Assembly (NCBI GenBank): GCA_963783305.1 | Contig: CAWAMW010000008.1 | Location: 1 to 34,900, forward strand | Reading direction: 5' to 3' | Length of the DNA stretch: 34,900 nt | DNA from: an uncultured Gemmatimonadales bacterium | GTDB taxonomy: Bacteria; Gemmatimonadota; Gemmatimonadetes; Longimicrobiales; RSA9 | In this document: piece after piece, positions 10,029 to 18,917 of the stretch | Numbering within the stretch: the first letter of the stretch is position 1 | How the letters are laid out: the number at the start of each line of letters is the position of its first letter | Program-made: the position numbers and the translations under genes | The notes under the pieces: generated by a model | The model's database searches: none | Told to the model about the DNA's origin: nothing | What the model saw: only the letters and a program-made list of their open reading frames with translations

Positions 10029-10958
10029 ATGTGGAAGAGATTCGGGGCGAGTCTTCTCACCGCCCTTCTGCTCGCATCGTGCAGCGACAGCGTAGCGCCG
10101 GAGGAGGAGCGGCCTTTCGGGGATGAGCTACGGCTCCGGTCGTTCGAGCTCGTCAACCTGGGCGCGGATGTCCCGTGGTACCGCAGCACGACGCGGGCGA
10201 CCTTCGAAGGGTATCCCCAGGACGAGGAGGGGGTTCTGCTCTTCCTCGGCCCCGACGGCGAGTACCATTATCACCCGGTGGAGATGGCGCAGAAGGGACT
10301 GGCCATGGTGGCGCTCTACCGCAGGACCGGGGACGAGCGCGCGCTGGATTATGCCCGCCGACACGCCGACCGCATGCTCGCCGAGGCGGACACGATCGGC
10401 GACGGCCTCTATTTCCCATATACGTTCGACTGGCGGCTGCACCTGAACGCGAATTACGAGCTCATGAGGGCGCCGTGGTACAGCGGAATGGCACAGGGCC
10501 AGGCGCTTTCGCTTCTCGTGCACCTGCACCGGATCACGGGGGAGCCGGCCTATCTGGCAGCGGCGCACGACGTATTTCGCACATTCCTGCGTCCCGGATC
10601 GGCGGGTGAAACGGTACGGGTGGACACCGCCGGCTACTACTGGATCGAGGAGTATCCGGCCGATCAGTCCACGGGTACGCTGAACGGTTTCATCTTCGGC
10701 ATTTATGGATTGTACGACTATTACCAGTGGACAGGAGATGAGGACGCCTTCCACGTCCTGGTGGCCGGGCTCACCACGATTCACGACAAGATCCACCTCT
10801 TCAGAGCCCCGAGTGGGCCGAGCTACTACTGTCTGTCGCACCGGGCGCAGTATCCCGTGTACCATCAGATCCACATCGTCCAGCTTCTGAACCTATTCGA
10901 GATCACGGGGGAGCCCTATTTCGAGGAAATGGCCGCGCAGTTCGATCAGGATGCGTAG
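10029..10958 (+). CDS. D-glucuronyl C5-epimerase family protein with lipoprotein signal
   Basis: Lipobox LLASC (Cys codon 10080). C5-epimerase C-terminal motifs HPVEMAQKGL, PWYSGMAQGQALSLL, WIEEYP, LNGFIFGIYGLYD and YHQIHIVQL. Confidence 0.85.
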   Translation: MWKRFGASLLTALLLASCSDSVAPEEERPFGDELRLRSFELVNLGADVPWYRSTTRATFEGYPQDEEGVLLFLGPDGEYHYHPVEMAQKGLAMVALYRRTGDERALDYARRHADRMLAEADTIGDGLYFPYTFDWRLHLNANYELMRAPWYSGMAQGQALSLLVHLHRITGEPAYLAAAHDVFRTFLRPGSAGETVRVDTAGYYWIEEYPADQSTGTLNGFIFGIYGLYDYYQWTGDEDAFHVLVAGLTTIHDKIHLFRAPSGPSYYCLSHRAQYPVYHQIHIVQLLNLFEITGEPYFEEMAAQFDQDA

Positions 10959-10965
10959 TCGGATA

Positions 10966-12025
10966 ATGGCGGCTGCGCCGGCCGGGGATCGGTAGTCCAC
11001 TGGCTCGGGTCCTTCTGGTTTCGAACACGCGCAGTCGATTCATCCGTATCGATCGGGACATCCTCTCGGAGTCCCACGACGTGGTGGATCTCTACCTTCG
11101 ACCCTCGCGGATGAGGCCGTGGATGCTCCGGCGGGCGGTGCGTGAGGCCGACGTGGTGGTGGGCTGGTTCGCTGGCTGGCACACGATGATACCCCTGGCG
11201 TGGAGCCACTGGCACGCAACGCCGTCACTGCTGATCGTGGGTGGGTTCGATGTCGCGGCTCTGCCGGAGATCGGCTATGGCGACCAGCGTCCTGGGCTGC
11301 GCCGCTACATCGGCCGCTGGAGCATGGCTGCCGCCGACCGCCTGCTGACGAACTCCGATTTCAGCCGTCGGGAGGCGGCTGCGAACACCGGCATTCCGGC
11401 GGAGCGCTTCACGGTCGTGCACCACGGCGTGCCGGATCCGTTCGGAACGCTGCCGGCCGAGCCCCGTCCCAGGAAGGCGCTGACCGTGGGCGCCGTCGTC
11501 GAGAGCAATCTGCAGCGGAAGGGCCATGAGGCCTTCGTCCGGGCCGCTGCACTGCTGCCGGATGTCGAATTCGTGCTCGTTGGAGGGTGGAGTGGTACTG
11601 CAATCGATTATCTGCGCGGCTTCGCAGCGCCGAATGTCACGTTCACGGGGCGGATCGACGACGCGGGGCTGCTGGACCATTACCGCACGGCCTCGGTGTA
11701 CGTCCAGCCGTCGCGGCACGAGGGCTTCGGGCTGAGCGTGGCCGAAGCAATGCTGGGGGGCTGCATACCGGTGGTGACGCGCACGGCCGCGCTTCCCGAG
11801 GTGGTGGGTGAGACCGGAGTCTACCTGCCGGACGCGGGGCCGGAGGCGGTGGCGGGGGGGGTGGAGGCCGGCCTCAGCGCTCCCATGGACCGCCGCCGGG
11901 CCGCTCGCCAGCGAGTTCTCGAGCGGTTCCCCGTGGAGGCACGGCGTCGGGGTCTGTTGGGGCTCGTGGAGGCCGCGCTGTCCGAGAGCGGGGAGGGCCG
12001 TCGCGTGAGTCCAGGAGGCCGATAG
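10966..12025 (+). CDS. GT4 glycosyltransferase (start uncertain, 10966-11000)
   Basis: The frame is open from 10967 (LARVLLVSNTRSRFIRIDRDILSE). RKGHEAF and QPSRHEGFGLSVAEAMLGGCIPV motifs. ATG 10966 is one base out of frame; CTG 11000 is an alternative. Confidence 0.85.
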
Positions 12026-13023
12026 TGAGCGAGCGTTGGGCACCGGTCAGTGTGGTCATCCCCTTCTATGGAGGCAATGACACGATCCAGCGCGCCATCC
12101 GCTCGGTGAACGAGCAGAGTCTCCGCCCCAGGGAGATCCTGGTGGTGGACGACGGGTCTCCGGATCCCGTCGACCCGGCGCAGCTGGAGTCGGAGGTCGA
12201 GGTGCGGATCCTGACGCACGCGGACAACCGGGGGATTCCGGCCGCCCGTAACACGGCCATCCGCGCGGCCCGCACCCACTGGATCGCTCTGCTGGACCAG
12301 GACGATGAGTGGACCCGTGACAAGCTCGAGCGGCAGTGGGAGGGCGTACGGAAGGCGGGGGAGGACTCGGAAACGATCGTCTTCGGGCGGCTGCTCCTGC
12401 CGGGCGAGGACGGCGCTCCGCCCTGGGCGTACCCCGCGAACCGCTCCATCCGCAGAATGGAACAGGGCGGGCGGGCGGCGCTGCGTGAGCTGGTCCTGCA
12501 CGGCTGCGTCACACCTCCGGTCACGCTCCTCTTCAACCGGAAGCTCCTCGAGCGATACGGGTATCTGGACGAGGATCTCAGAGGTGGCGCGGACGATTAC
12601 GAGCTCGTGCTCCGGATGGCGGCCTCGGGGGCACGGTTCATCTTCAATGCGCCGCTCTCTACGGCTCGCTACAGCTCGATCCGGCACCACACCGGCCGGA
12701 ACTACTCCGCCCACGCCCCGCGCTACCTCCGGGACGATCTGCGGATCATCCGGAAGCTCGCGGCCGAGCTTCCGCTGATGAGCCACTACCGGGAGAAGGC
12801 GCTGGCGCGCGTCTGGTACGCCTTCGGCCGGCATTACGATCGGTCACGTACCCCGCTGAAGGCCTCGGCCTGCTACCGACGCGCCTCCCGCCTGGACCGC
12901 TGCTGGTGGAAGCCATGGCTGGCGCGACTGCGTCTGGTCCTGCCCGCCCGGGCGCAGCGCTGGATCGAAGCAGGGTGGGAGTGGCTGGAGCGAGCACGAC
13001 GCGGGTCCCGCGAACATGGCTGA
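12025..13023 (+). CDS. GT2 glycosyltransferase
   Basis: VSVVIPFY, EILVVDDGSPD, NRGIPAARN, LLDQDDEW, DDYELVLR. Confidence 0.9.
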   Translation: MSERWAPVSVVIPFYGGNDTIQRAIRSVNEQSLRPREILVVDDGSPDPVDPAQLESEVEVRILTHADNRGIPAARNTAIRAARTHWIALLDQDDEWTRDKLERQWEGVRKAGEDSETIVFGRLLLPGEDGAPPWAYPANRSIRRMEQGGRAALRELVLHGCVTPPVTLLFNRKLLERYGYLDEDLRGGADDYELVLRMAASGARFIFNAPLSTARYSSIRHHTGRNYSAHAPRYLRDDLRIIRKLAAELPLMSHYREKALARVWYAFGRHYDRSRTPLKASACYRRASRLDRCWWKPWLARLRLVLPARAQRWIEAGWEWLERARRGSREHG

Positions 13024-14540
13024 GCCGCCACGCGCGACCGGGAGCCTGCTGGCACGCAACACGGTTCTGAACCTCCTCGGGCTGGGGCTCCCCCTGATCG
13101 TAGGGGTGGTCACCATGCCCCCGGTGATCGCCGGACTGGGGCCCGAGAAGTTCGGAGTGCTGGCGCTGGTCTGGGTGGCCCTGAGCTACCTGAACCTGCT
13201 CGACCTGGGACTCGGTCGCGCCGTGACACGGTTCGCGGCGGAGTCGCTCGCCCGGGGCGACGAGTCGCGGCTGGTGGCGAGCGTGCACGCCGCAGCGGCC
13301 GTACAGTGTGCCCTGGCCGTGGCGGGCGGGATCGGCCTGGCGCTGATCGCGCCGTGGCTCACCGCGAGCGTGCTGAACATCCCCTCCCGCTCTCATCCAC
13401 GAGGCCACCCTCTCGTTCCAGCTGATCGCCCTCGCGACTCCGGCCCTCGCCCTCACCACCACCTTTCGCGGCCTGCTGGAGGCGACACAGCGATTCGACC
13501 TGGTGAACGCGGTCCGGCTTCCGGTCAGCACCACCAACTTCATCATCCCGCTGGCGGGTGTCCTGCTGGAGTGGAGCCTCGTCGGGATCGTCGCGGCGAT
13601 GATCGTGACCCGATTCATCACGCTGGGGATCTTCGTGATCATGGGGCTGCGGCTGCACCCCGGGCTGCGCCGGCGGAGCGCCTACCGCGGGTCCATCCTG
13701 GCCGAGGTGCTGGGCTTCGGCGGGTGGGTCACCGTATCCAGCATGATCAGCCCCGTGCTGGTGTACGCCGACCGGTTCATCATCGGAGGCGTTCTGACCG
13801 TGGCTGCGGTCACGTTCTACACCGCGCCGCACGAAGTCGTCACACGGCTGACAATCCTGCCGACGAGTCTCGTGGCCACGCTGTTCCCCGCCTTCAGCGG
13901 ACTCGTGGCCGACCAGCGGTCCACGCTCAACCGGATGACCGCCCGGGCCGTGAAGGTCCTCCTGATGGGGGTCGGCTTGGCGCTGGTGGTTCTCACCACC
14001 TCCGCGCACGACATCCTGCGGTTGTGGCTCGGGAGCGACTTCGCCGCGGCCAGCGCACCGGTCCTGCGGCTCCTGGCGGTGGGCCTCCTGGCCAATGCCC
14101 TGGCCTATGTGCCGGCGGCACTCATCCAGGCCCAGGGTCGACCGGACGTCCCGGCCAAGTTCCACCTGGTCGAGCTGCCGATCCACCTCCTCGTGCTCTG
14201 GCTCCTGATCGGCCAGTGGGGGATCGCGGGTGCTGCGGCGGCGTGGTCGCTGCGGATGCTCCTGGACGCAGTACTGCTCTTCTCGGCCGCGCACGCCCTG
14301 GGGCTGATCGAGCTACAGGTGGTCTTCGGGCGCCGTACGCAGGGGATGCTGGCACTGCTGCTGGTGGCAGCGGTCGGGGCGAGCGCTCTGACCGCTCTGG
14401 CGCCCTTCCTGTGGCAGCGCGTGGGCGCGACGGTGGCGGCGCTCCTGCTCGTCGGCACCCTGGGGTGGCGCCGACTCTTCTCTCCCCAGGAACGGCTGTG
14501 GCTGAGGGGGCTGGTGCCTTCCCGACTGCGGGCGTCCTGA
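13016..14540 (+). CDS. wzx: Wzx flippase (cluster A); one frameshift near 13384
   Basis: LARNTVLNLLG, LGPEKFG, LDLGLGRAVTRF. An extra C in 13381-13384 joins it to the 13503..14540 frame (YADRFIIG, LFPAFS, WGIAGAAAA). Confidence 0.85.
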
Positions 14541-14554
14541 GCCGAGCCCGTTGG

Positions 14555-15725
14555 TCAGCCGGCGATCGGCGTGGGGACGAGACGGTCCTCGCGCGTTCCG
14601 TCGCCCAACTGGCCGGTGCTGTTGTCCCCCCAGCACAGGACCTCGCCTGAAGCCAGCACCGCACAGGTGTGGGCGAGTCCGGCGCTGATCGCAACGGCGG
14701 GTGCGCCATCGGCGACCAGCACCGGGCGCGTCTGCATGGAGCGGGTGCCGTCTCCCAGCTGACCCGAGTCGTTCGCTCCCCAGCAGTAGATGGCTCCGCT
14801 CTCCCCGATGGCACAGGAGTGGTAGCCCCCGGCGGTCACGGTCAGCACTGGCTCCGGCAGCGCGACGGGGACGGGGATCGTGCGGGAGACGCGGTCGCCG
14901 CGGCCCAGCTGCCCCGAGGCCCCGAGCCCCCAGCAGTAGACGTTCGCTTCGACAGAGACGGCGCAGTTGTGGCCTTCGCCGGCGCCCACTTCGAGCCAGA
15001 GCTGCTCAGCGGCCACGGGCACCGGCTCGAGCTGATTCTGTACGCCGTTGTTCCCCAGGCGTCCGGCGGAGCCCGCGCCCCAGCAGAAGATCTCACCACC
15101 GCTCTCGACCGCCGCACGTATGGGCGAAGCCGGTGCTCACGGTGCGGAAGCGCAGGTCGGTGGGCGTTGCACGGGGGTACGGCTGTCCGCCGCCCCGAAC
15201 CCCCGACCCGGCCTGTCCCTGGCTGTTGTCTCCCCAGCAGTAGAGCTGCCCCCCGGCGTCGAGCGCACAGGAATGATAGCGTGCGGCCGTGACATCGCTG
15301 AAGGCGACGCCGGCCCTCACCGCCGTGGGAACGGAAGCGCACGGCAGCGAGTATTCGGTGGCGCAGCGGTCCGCGACGGTCTCGCCAGCGCCCAGCTGCC
15401 CGAACCGATGATAGCCCCAGCAGAAGAGATCGCCTCCCGCAATGGCGCACGTGTGCCAGAGCCCTGCCGCGACCTGCTCCACCCGCGGCAGGCCGACCAC
15501 GGCCACGGGCACCGGGCAGACGCGGCCCGCGCAGCGCTCGTCGAGAACGCCACCCAGTTGACCGAAGCGGCCGTCGCCCCAGCAGAAGGTGCCGTCAGCA
15601 CCCACTGCGCAGGTGTGGTGGCCGCCCGCGGACACCTCCTCGAAGACCGCGGGCAGCTCTGGCCCGCTGGGCTCCGCGCACCCGAGCAGTGGCACGAGAA
15701 GGAGGAGGGCGACGGCGCGCGTCAT
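14555..15725 (-). CDS. RCC1/BLIP-II-repeat beta-propeller lipoprotein; one frameshift near 15112
   Basis: ATG 15725, lipobox LLGC, about 7 repeats of AGxxHTCA..G..CWGxxxxGQLG. Removing one base at 15112-15113 gives HTCAVESGGEIFCWG and joins ORFs 15093..15752 and 14555..15022. Confidence 0.82.
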
Positions 15726-17362
15726 GGGCCGTCCTTCGAACGTGGCAGCCATGACAGCTCCAGAGTGATGCCGAAATTGCGGTCATCCTCCAGGAACTCC
15801 CGATTGTAGCGGTACGCCCATGAGACCCTGCCGGACACGCTCAGCGCCGCGGTCGGGTGGTAGAGCGCGCGGACCCCACCGGTCACCTCGCTGTCATGCT
15901 CGTACGGCGACGTCCGCCGGGCCTCGACCGCGGCGTGCGACGCGTCGTTCCGGCGCACGCGTTCCACGAAGACGCCGAGCATTCCCATGGGCCGGAGCAC
16001 GTCCACGCCGAGGAACTGGGCATCCGCGCCGACCCCGATCCCGCCACCGGCCAGCAGCTGCCCCCGGTTCGTGTAGCCCTGGCGCACAGCTACGTGCGTG
16101 TACCAGACCGGCAGCGGTCGGCTGCCCGTCCGCGTCAGCTCGCCCTTTTCCTGCAGCGAGACCAGCTCGCCATGCACGCGGACGGCGGTTCCGGGAGCGA
16201 CACCGGTCACCTTCTGGAAGCCGACCATGTACGCCTGCGAATGATCCGGCTCCTGGTAGACCTCGGCGAGGTCGTTCCAGCGGTCGTCGCGGCCCCATTC
16301 CGCGTAGACCTCCGCTCCGCTGGCCGGGAAGACCCAGCGCCCGAACACGGAGAAGAGCTCGTTCCCGCTGCGGTTCACGCCCGACCCCAGGAAGAGCTCG
16401 CCCATGGGCGCCGGATCGCGAAGCCACTCCCCTTCGGTAGCGCGATACTGGTACACGCGCACGCCACCGATCGACAGTCCGGGCAGGCCGCGCGGGGTGA
16501 ACGCGAGCACGAGTGCCGCGAGCACCGGGTGATCGTTCTCCGGCCGCGAGTCGAAGTAGTCGGACTCGGACAGCCGCCCCCAGACCAGCTCGCCTTCCAG
16601 GTCACCCAGCCAGATGTCCAGCGGGCGCCCCGTGCCGGCGAACACGTGGGAGAACCCCGGGGCCGTGTTGCTCATCAGCAGCGGGTAGCGCTGGGCGGGG
16701 CCCCACCAGAGGTTCTCGGTGGAGAGCCCGGCCGCCAGCCCGGAGACGTCGACGCGTATCCAGCTCTGGCCGAGCCCGGCCGTCGCGTACCCATTGTCGC
16801 CGAAGCGCTGGGGGTAGTCGATCCCGGTGCTGAAGGGGTAGATCCACTGGGAGAGGCCCGCCGACGGCGCGGGCCGGGTCCAGAACGACTTGTTCTGCTG
16901 GAAGGCGAGCTCCGGAGCCACACCCACCGACAGCACGCTCCAGCGCGCGGCCACGCCCGCCCGCACCATGGCGGACGCGCCACGTCCCGCCCACAACAAC
17001 CCGTTGTTGCGATCGTCGGGATACCCGGTGAGCAGCCCGGCGTCCAGGCGGACCGGCATCAGCGCCACCTCGGCCGACCCCGTGCGGAAGAAGACCGGCA
17101 GGCCGTCCGGCGCGTCGGCGGATGGCGCTCCGAAGGCGGAAGACGCCCTCCGGACGACTCGGGCGGAGGGAGGCAGGGTACCCGTGATCTCCGCCAGCCG
17201 CGTCAGCTCGTCCCGCAGAGACGCGATGCCGGTCACGGTGGCGTCTCCCGCAAGGCCCGGGAGCTCGGCTGGAAAATGCACCGACTGAGCCGTGGCGGCG
17301 CCCGGGCTGATCCCCGGCAGGACGGCGGCCGCGAACAGGCAGACCAGGATGGATCGCTTCAC
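15722..17362 (-). CDS. wzi: Capsule assembly Wzi-family outer-membrane beta-barrel protein
   Basis: Signal peptide from GTG 17362; NNGLLWAGRG, IDYPQRFG, STENLWWGPAQRYPLLMSNTAPGF, EVYAEWGRDD; alternating beta-strand pattern near the C-terminus (FGITLELSW). Confidence 0.72.
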   Translation of the reverse strand: MKRSILVCLFAAAVLPGISPGAATAQSVHFPAELPGLAGDATVTGIASLRDELTRLAEITGTLPPSARVVRRASSAFGAPSADAPDGLPVFFRTGSAEVALMPVRLDAGLLTGYPDDRNNGLLWAGRGASAMVRAGVAARWSVLSVGVAPELAFQQNKSFWTRPAPSAGLSQWIYPFSTGIDYPQRFGDNGYATAGLGQSWIRVDVSGLAAGLSTENLWWGPAQRYPLLMSNTAPGFSHVFAGTGRPLDIWLGDLEGELVWGRLSESDYFDSRPENDHPVLAALVLAFTPRGLPGLSIGGVRVYQYRATEGEWLRDPAPMGELFLGSGVNRSGNELFSVFGRWVFPASGAEVYAEWGRDDRWNDLAEVYQEPDHSQAYMVGFQKVTGVAPGTAVRVHGELVSLQEKGELTRTGSRPLPVWYTHVAVRQGYTNRGQLLAGGGIGVGADAQFLGVDVLRPMGMLGVFVERVRRNDASHAAVEARRTSPYEHDSEVTGGVRALYHPTAALSVSGRVSWAYRYNREFLEDDRNFGITLELSWLPRSKDGP

Positions 17363-17470
17363 GCACGCTCGCCGTTCGGGTCGTTGGGTTCGGTCGAGGA
17401 GTTTCATGGACCAGAAGATATACCGGTTCGGCGGGATCGGTCCAGCGCATGGGGAGGGCGTGAGCAGGCG

Positions 17471-17520
17471 CGGAACCGCCTTTGCTTCCTGCCGGGAAGC
17501 GTGTCATGTTCGCCGGCAGG
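17471..17520 (+). promoter_or_regulatory. Candidate promoter/operator of wbpI: overlapping sigma54-like and sigma70-like boxes with inverted repeats
   Basis: cGGAACcgcctTTGCT (GG 17472-17473, N10, GC 17484-17485). TTGCTT 17482-17487, N17, CATGTT 17505-17510 with an extended TG. Inverted repeat CCTGCCGG 17488-17495 / CCGGCAGG 17513-17520. Confidence 0.35.
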
Positions 17521-17615
17521 TGGACACCTCATGGACGGGATCGGGGAGAGCGACGAAGAATGGTCCGGCACCGCGTCGGAGAAGGATGCTGGAACGGCAG
17601 CGGAATGGAGCCGCA

Positions 17616-18744
17616 ATGATGCTGTCTGTGGTGGGAGCACGCCCGCAGTTTGTGAAGGCGGCCATGGTGGCGCGCGCGCTGGAAGAGCGGGGCGTACGGC
17701 ACCTTCTGGTCCACACCGGCCAGCACTACGACGACACCATGTCGGACGTCTTCTTCCGGGAGCTCGGCCTGCGCCAGCCCGATCACCAGCTGGACGTGGG
17801 CTCCGGGTCCCACGGCGCGCAGACCGCCGCCATGCTGGAGGGGCTGGAGCGGGTGATCCTGGAAGAGGAGCCCGAGTGGGTCGTGGTCTACGGCGACACC
17901 AACTCCACGCTGGCCGGCGCGCTGGCCGCCGCCAAGCTCCACGTGCCCGTGGCCCACGTCGAGGCGGGGCTCCGGTCCTTCGACCGACGGATGCCCGAGG
18001 AGCTGAACCGCGTGCTCACCGACCACGCTTCCGACCTCCTCCTGGCTCCCACCGACACGGCCATCGAGAACCTGCGGAAGGAGGGGATCCCCGACGAGCG
18101 GGTCCGGCTGGTGGGCGACGTGATGTACGACGCCGCCCTCCACTTCCGCGGGACCGGGAGCGCGGACCGCCTCGAGCAGCTCGGCGTGCGGAGCGGCGAG
18201 TACATCCTCGCCACCGCCCACCGCGCCGCGAACACCGATGACCCGGCCCGGCTCCGGGCCATCTTCCACGGCCTGGCACGGGTGGCCCGGGACACGGAGA
18301 CGCCCGTGCTGGTGCTCCTCCACCCCCGCACCCGCGCCGCCCTGCGCCGGGAGGGCCTGCTGGAGGAGATGGCGGAGAGTCTGATCCTGAGCGAGCCGGT
18401 CGGATACCTGGACATGCTCACGCTCGAGAGCCACGCCCGCCTGGTGGCCACCGACTCCGGCGGCGTGCAGAAGGAGGCCTATTTCGTGGGCGTCCCCTGC
18501 GTGACGCTGCGGGAGGAGACCGAGTGGGTGGAGCTGGTGGAGGGCGGCTGGAACCGGCTCGTTCCGCCCCGGTCCGCCGACGCGGTGGCCGAGGGGATCG
18601 CGGCCGCCCTCCATGCGCCGCGCCGCCGCCCCCGGCGCCTGGCCTGTTCGGGGCGGCCGCGCCGGGGCGCTGATCGCGGAGGTTCTGGTCGGCCAGCCAC
18701 CCGAGGAAACGCGACAGGTTGTTACGTCCCCGAGTGCTGGTTAA
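17616..18744 (+). CDS. wbpI: Non-hydrolysing UDP-sugar 2-epimerase, WbpI/WlbD type (WecB family); two indels near the C-terminus
   Basis: VVGARPQFVK, HTGQHYD..MSDVFF, YGDTNSTLAGALAA, HVEAGLRSF..MPEELNR, TDSGGVQKEA. Restoring indels at about 18620-18637 and 18650-18653 gives the typical end LFGGGRAGALIAEVL, stop TAA 18742-18744. Confidence 0.85.
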
Positions 18745-18857
18745 CTTGCCGGTCTGCTCTGAGGTGGGAGCTCTGCTGAAGCACGATGTGACGGAACCAA
18801 CCCGCGCCTCGTCTTCTCCTTTCGCGTCAGGGTCGTCGCTCGACCCCGTTCTGAAGG

Positions 18858-18873
18858 TGGCACGTCAAGTGCA
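18858..18873 (+). promoter_or_regulatory. Sigma54 (-24/-12) promoter
   Basis: TGGCACGTCAAGTGCA against consensus TGGCACG-N4-TTGCW (one mismatch, exact GG-N10-GC spacing); intergenic, 44 nt before ATG 18918. Confidence 0.65.
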
Positions 18874-18917
18874 GATCACACGTACCGGCACGGATACCGT
18901 TACCGGCTGAACAGCTC

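Noticed and set aside
13385..14650. Long Arg/Pro-rich C-terminal part of ORF 13016..14650 as a novel domain
   Set aside because: Out-of-frame read-through after the indel near 13384; the true flippase continues in the 13503..14540 frame.
15857..18241. 794-aa plus-strand ORF
   Set aside because: Shadow ORF antisense to wzi and off-frame to wbpI; Arg/Pro/Gly-rich, no domain motifs; expected in high-GC DNA.
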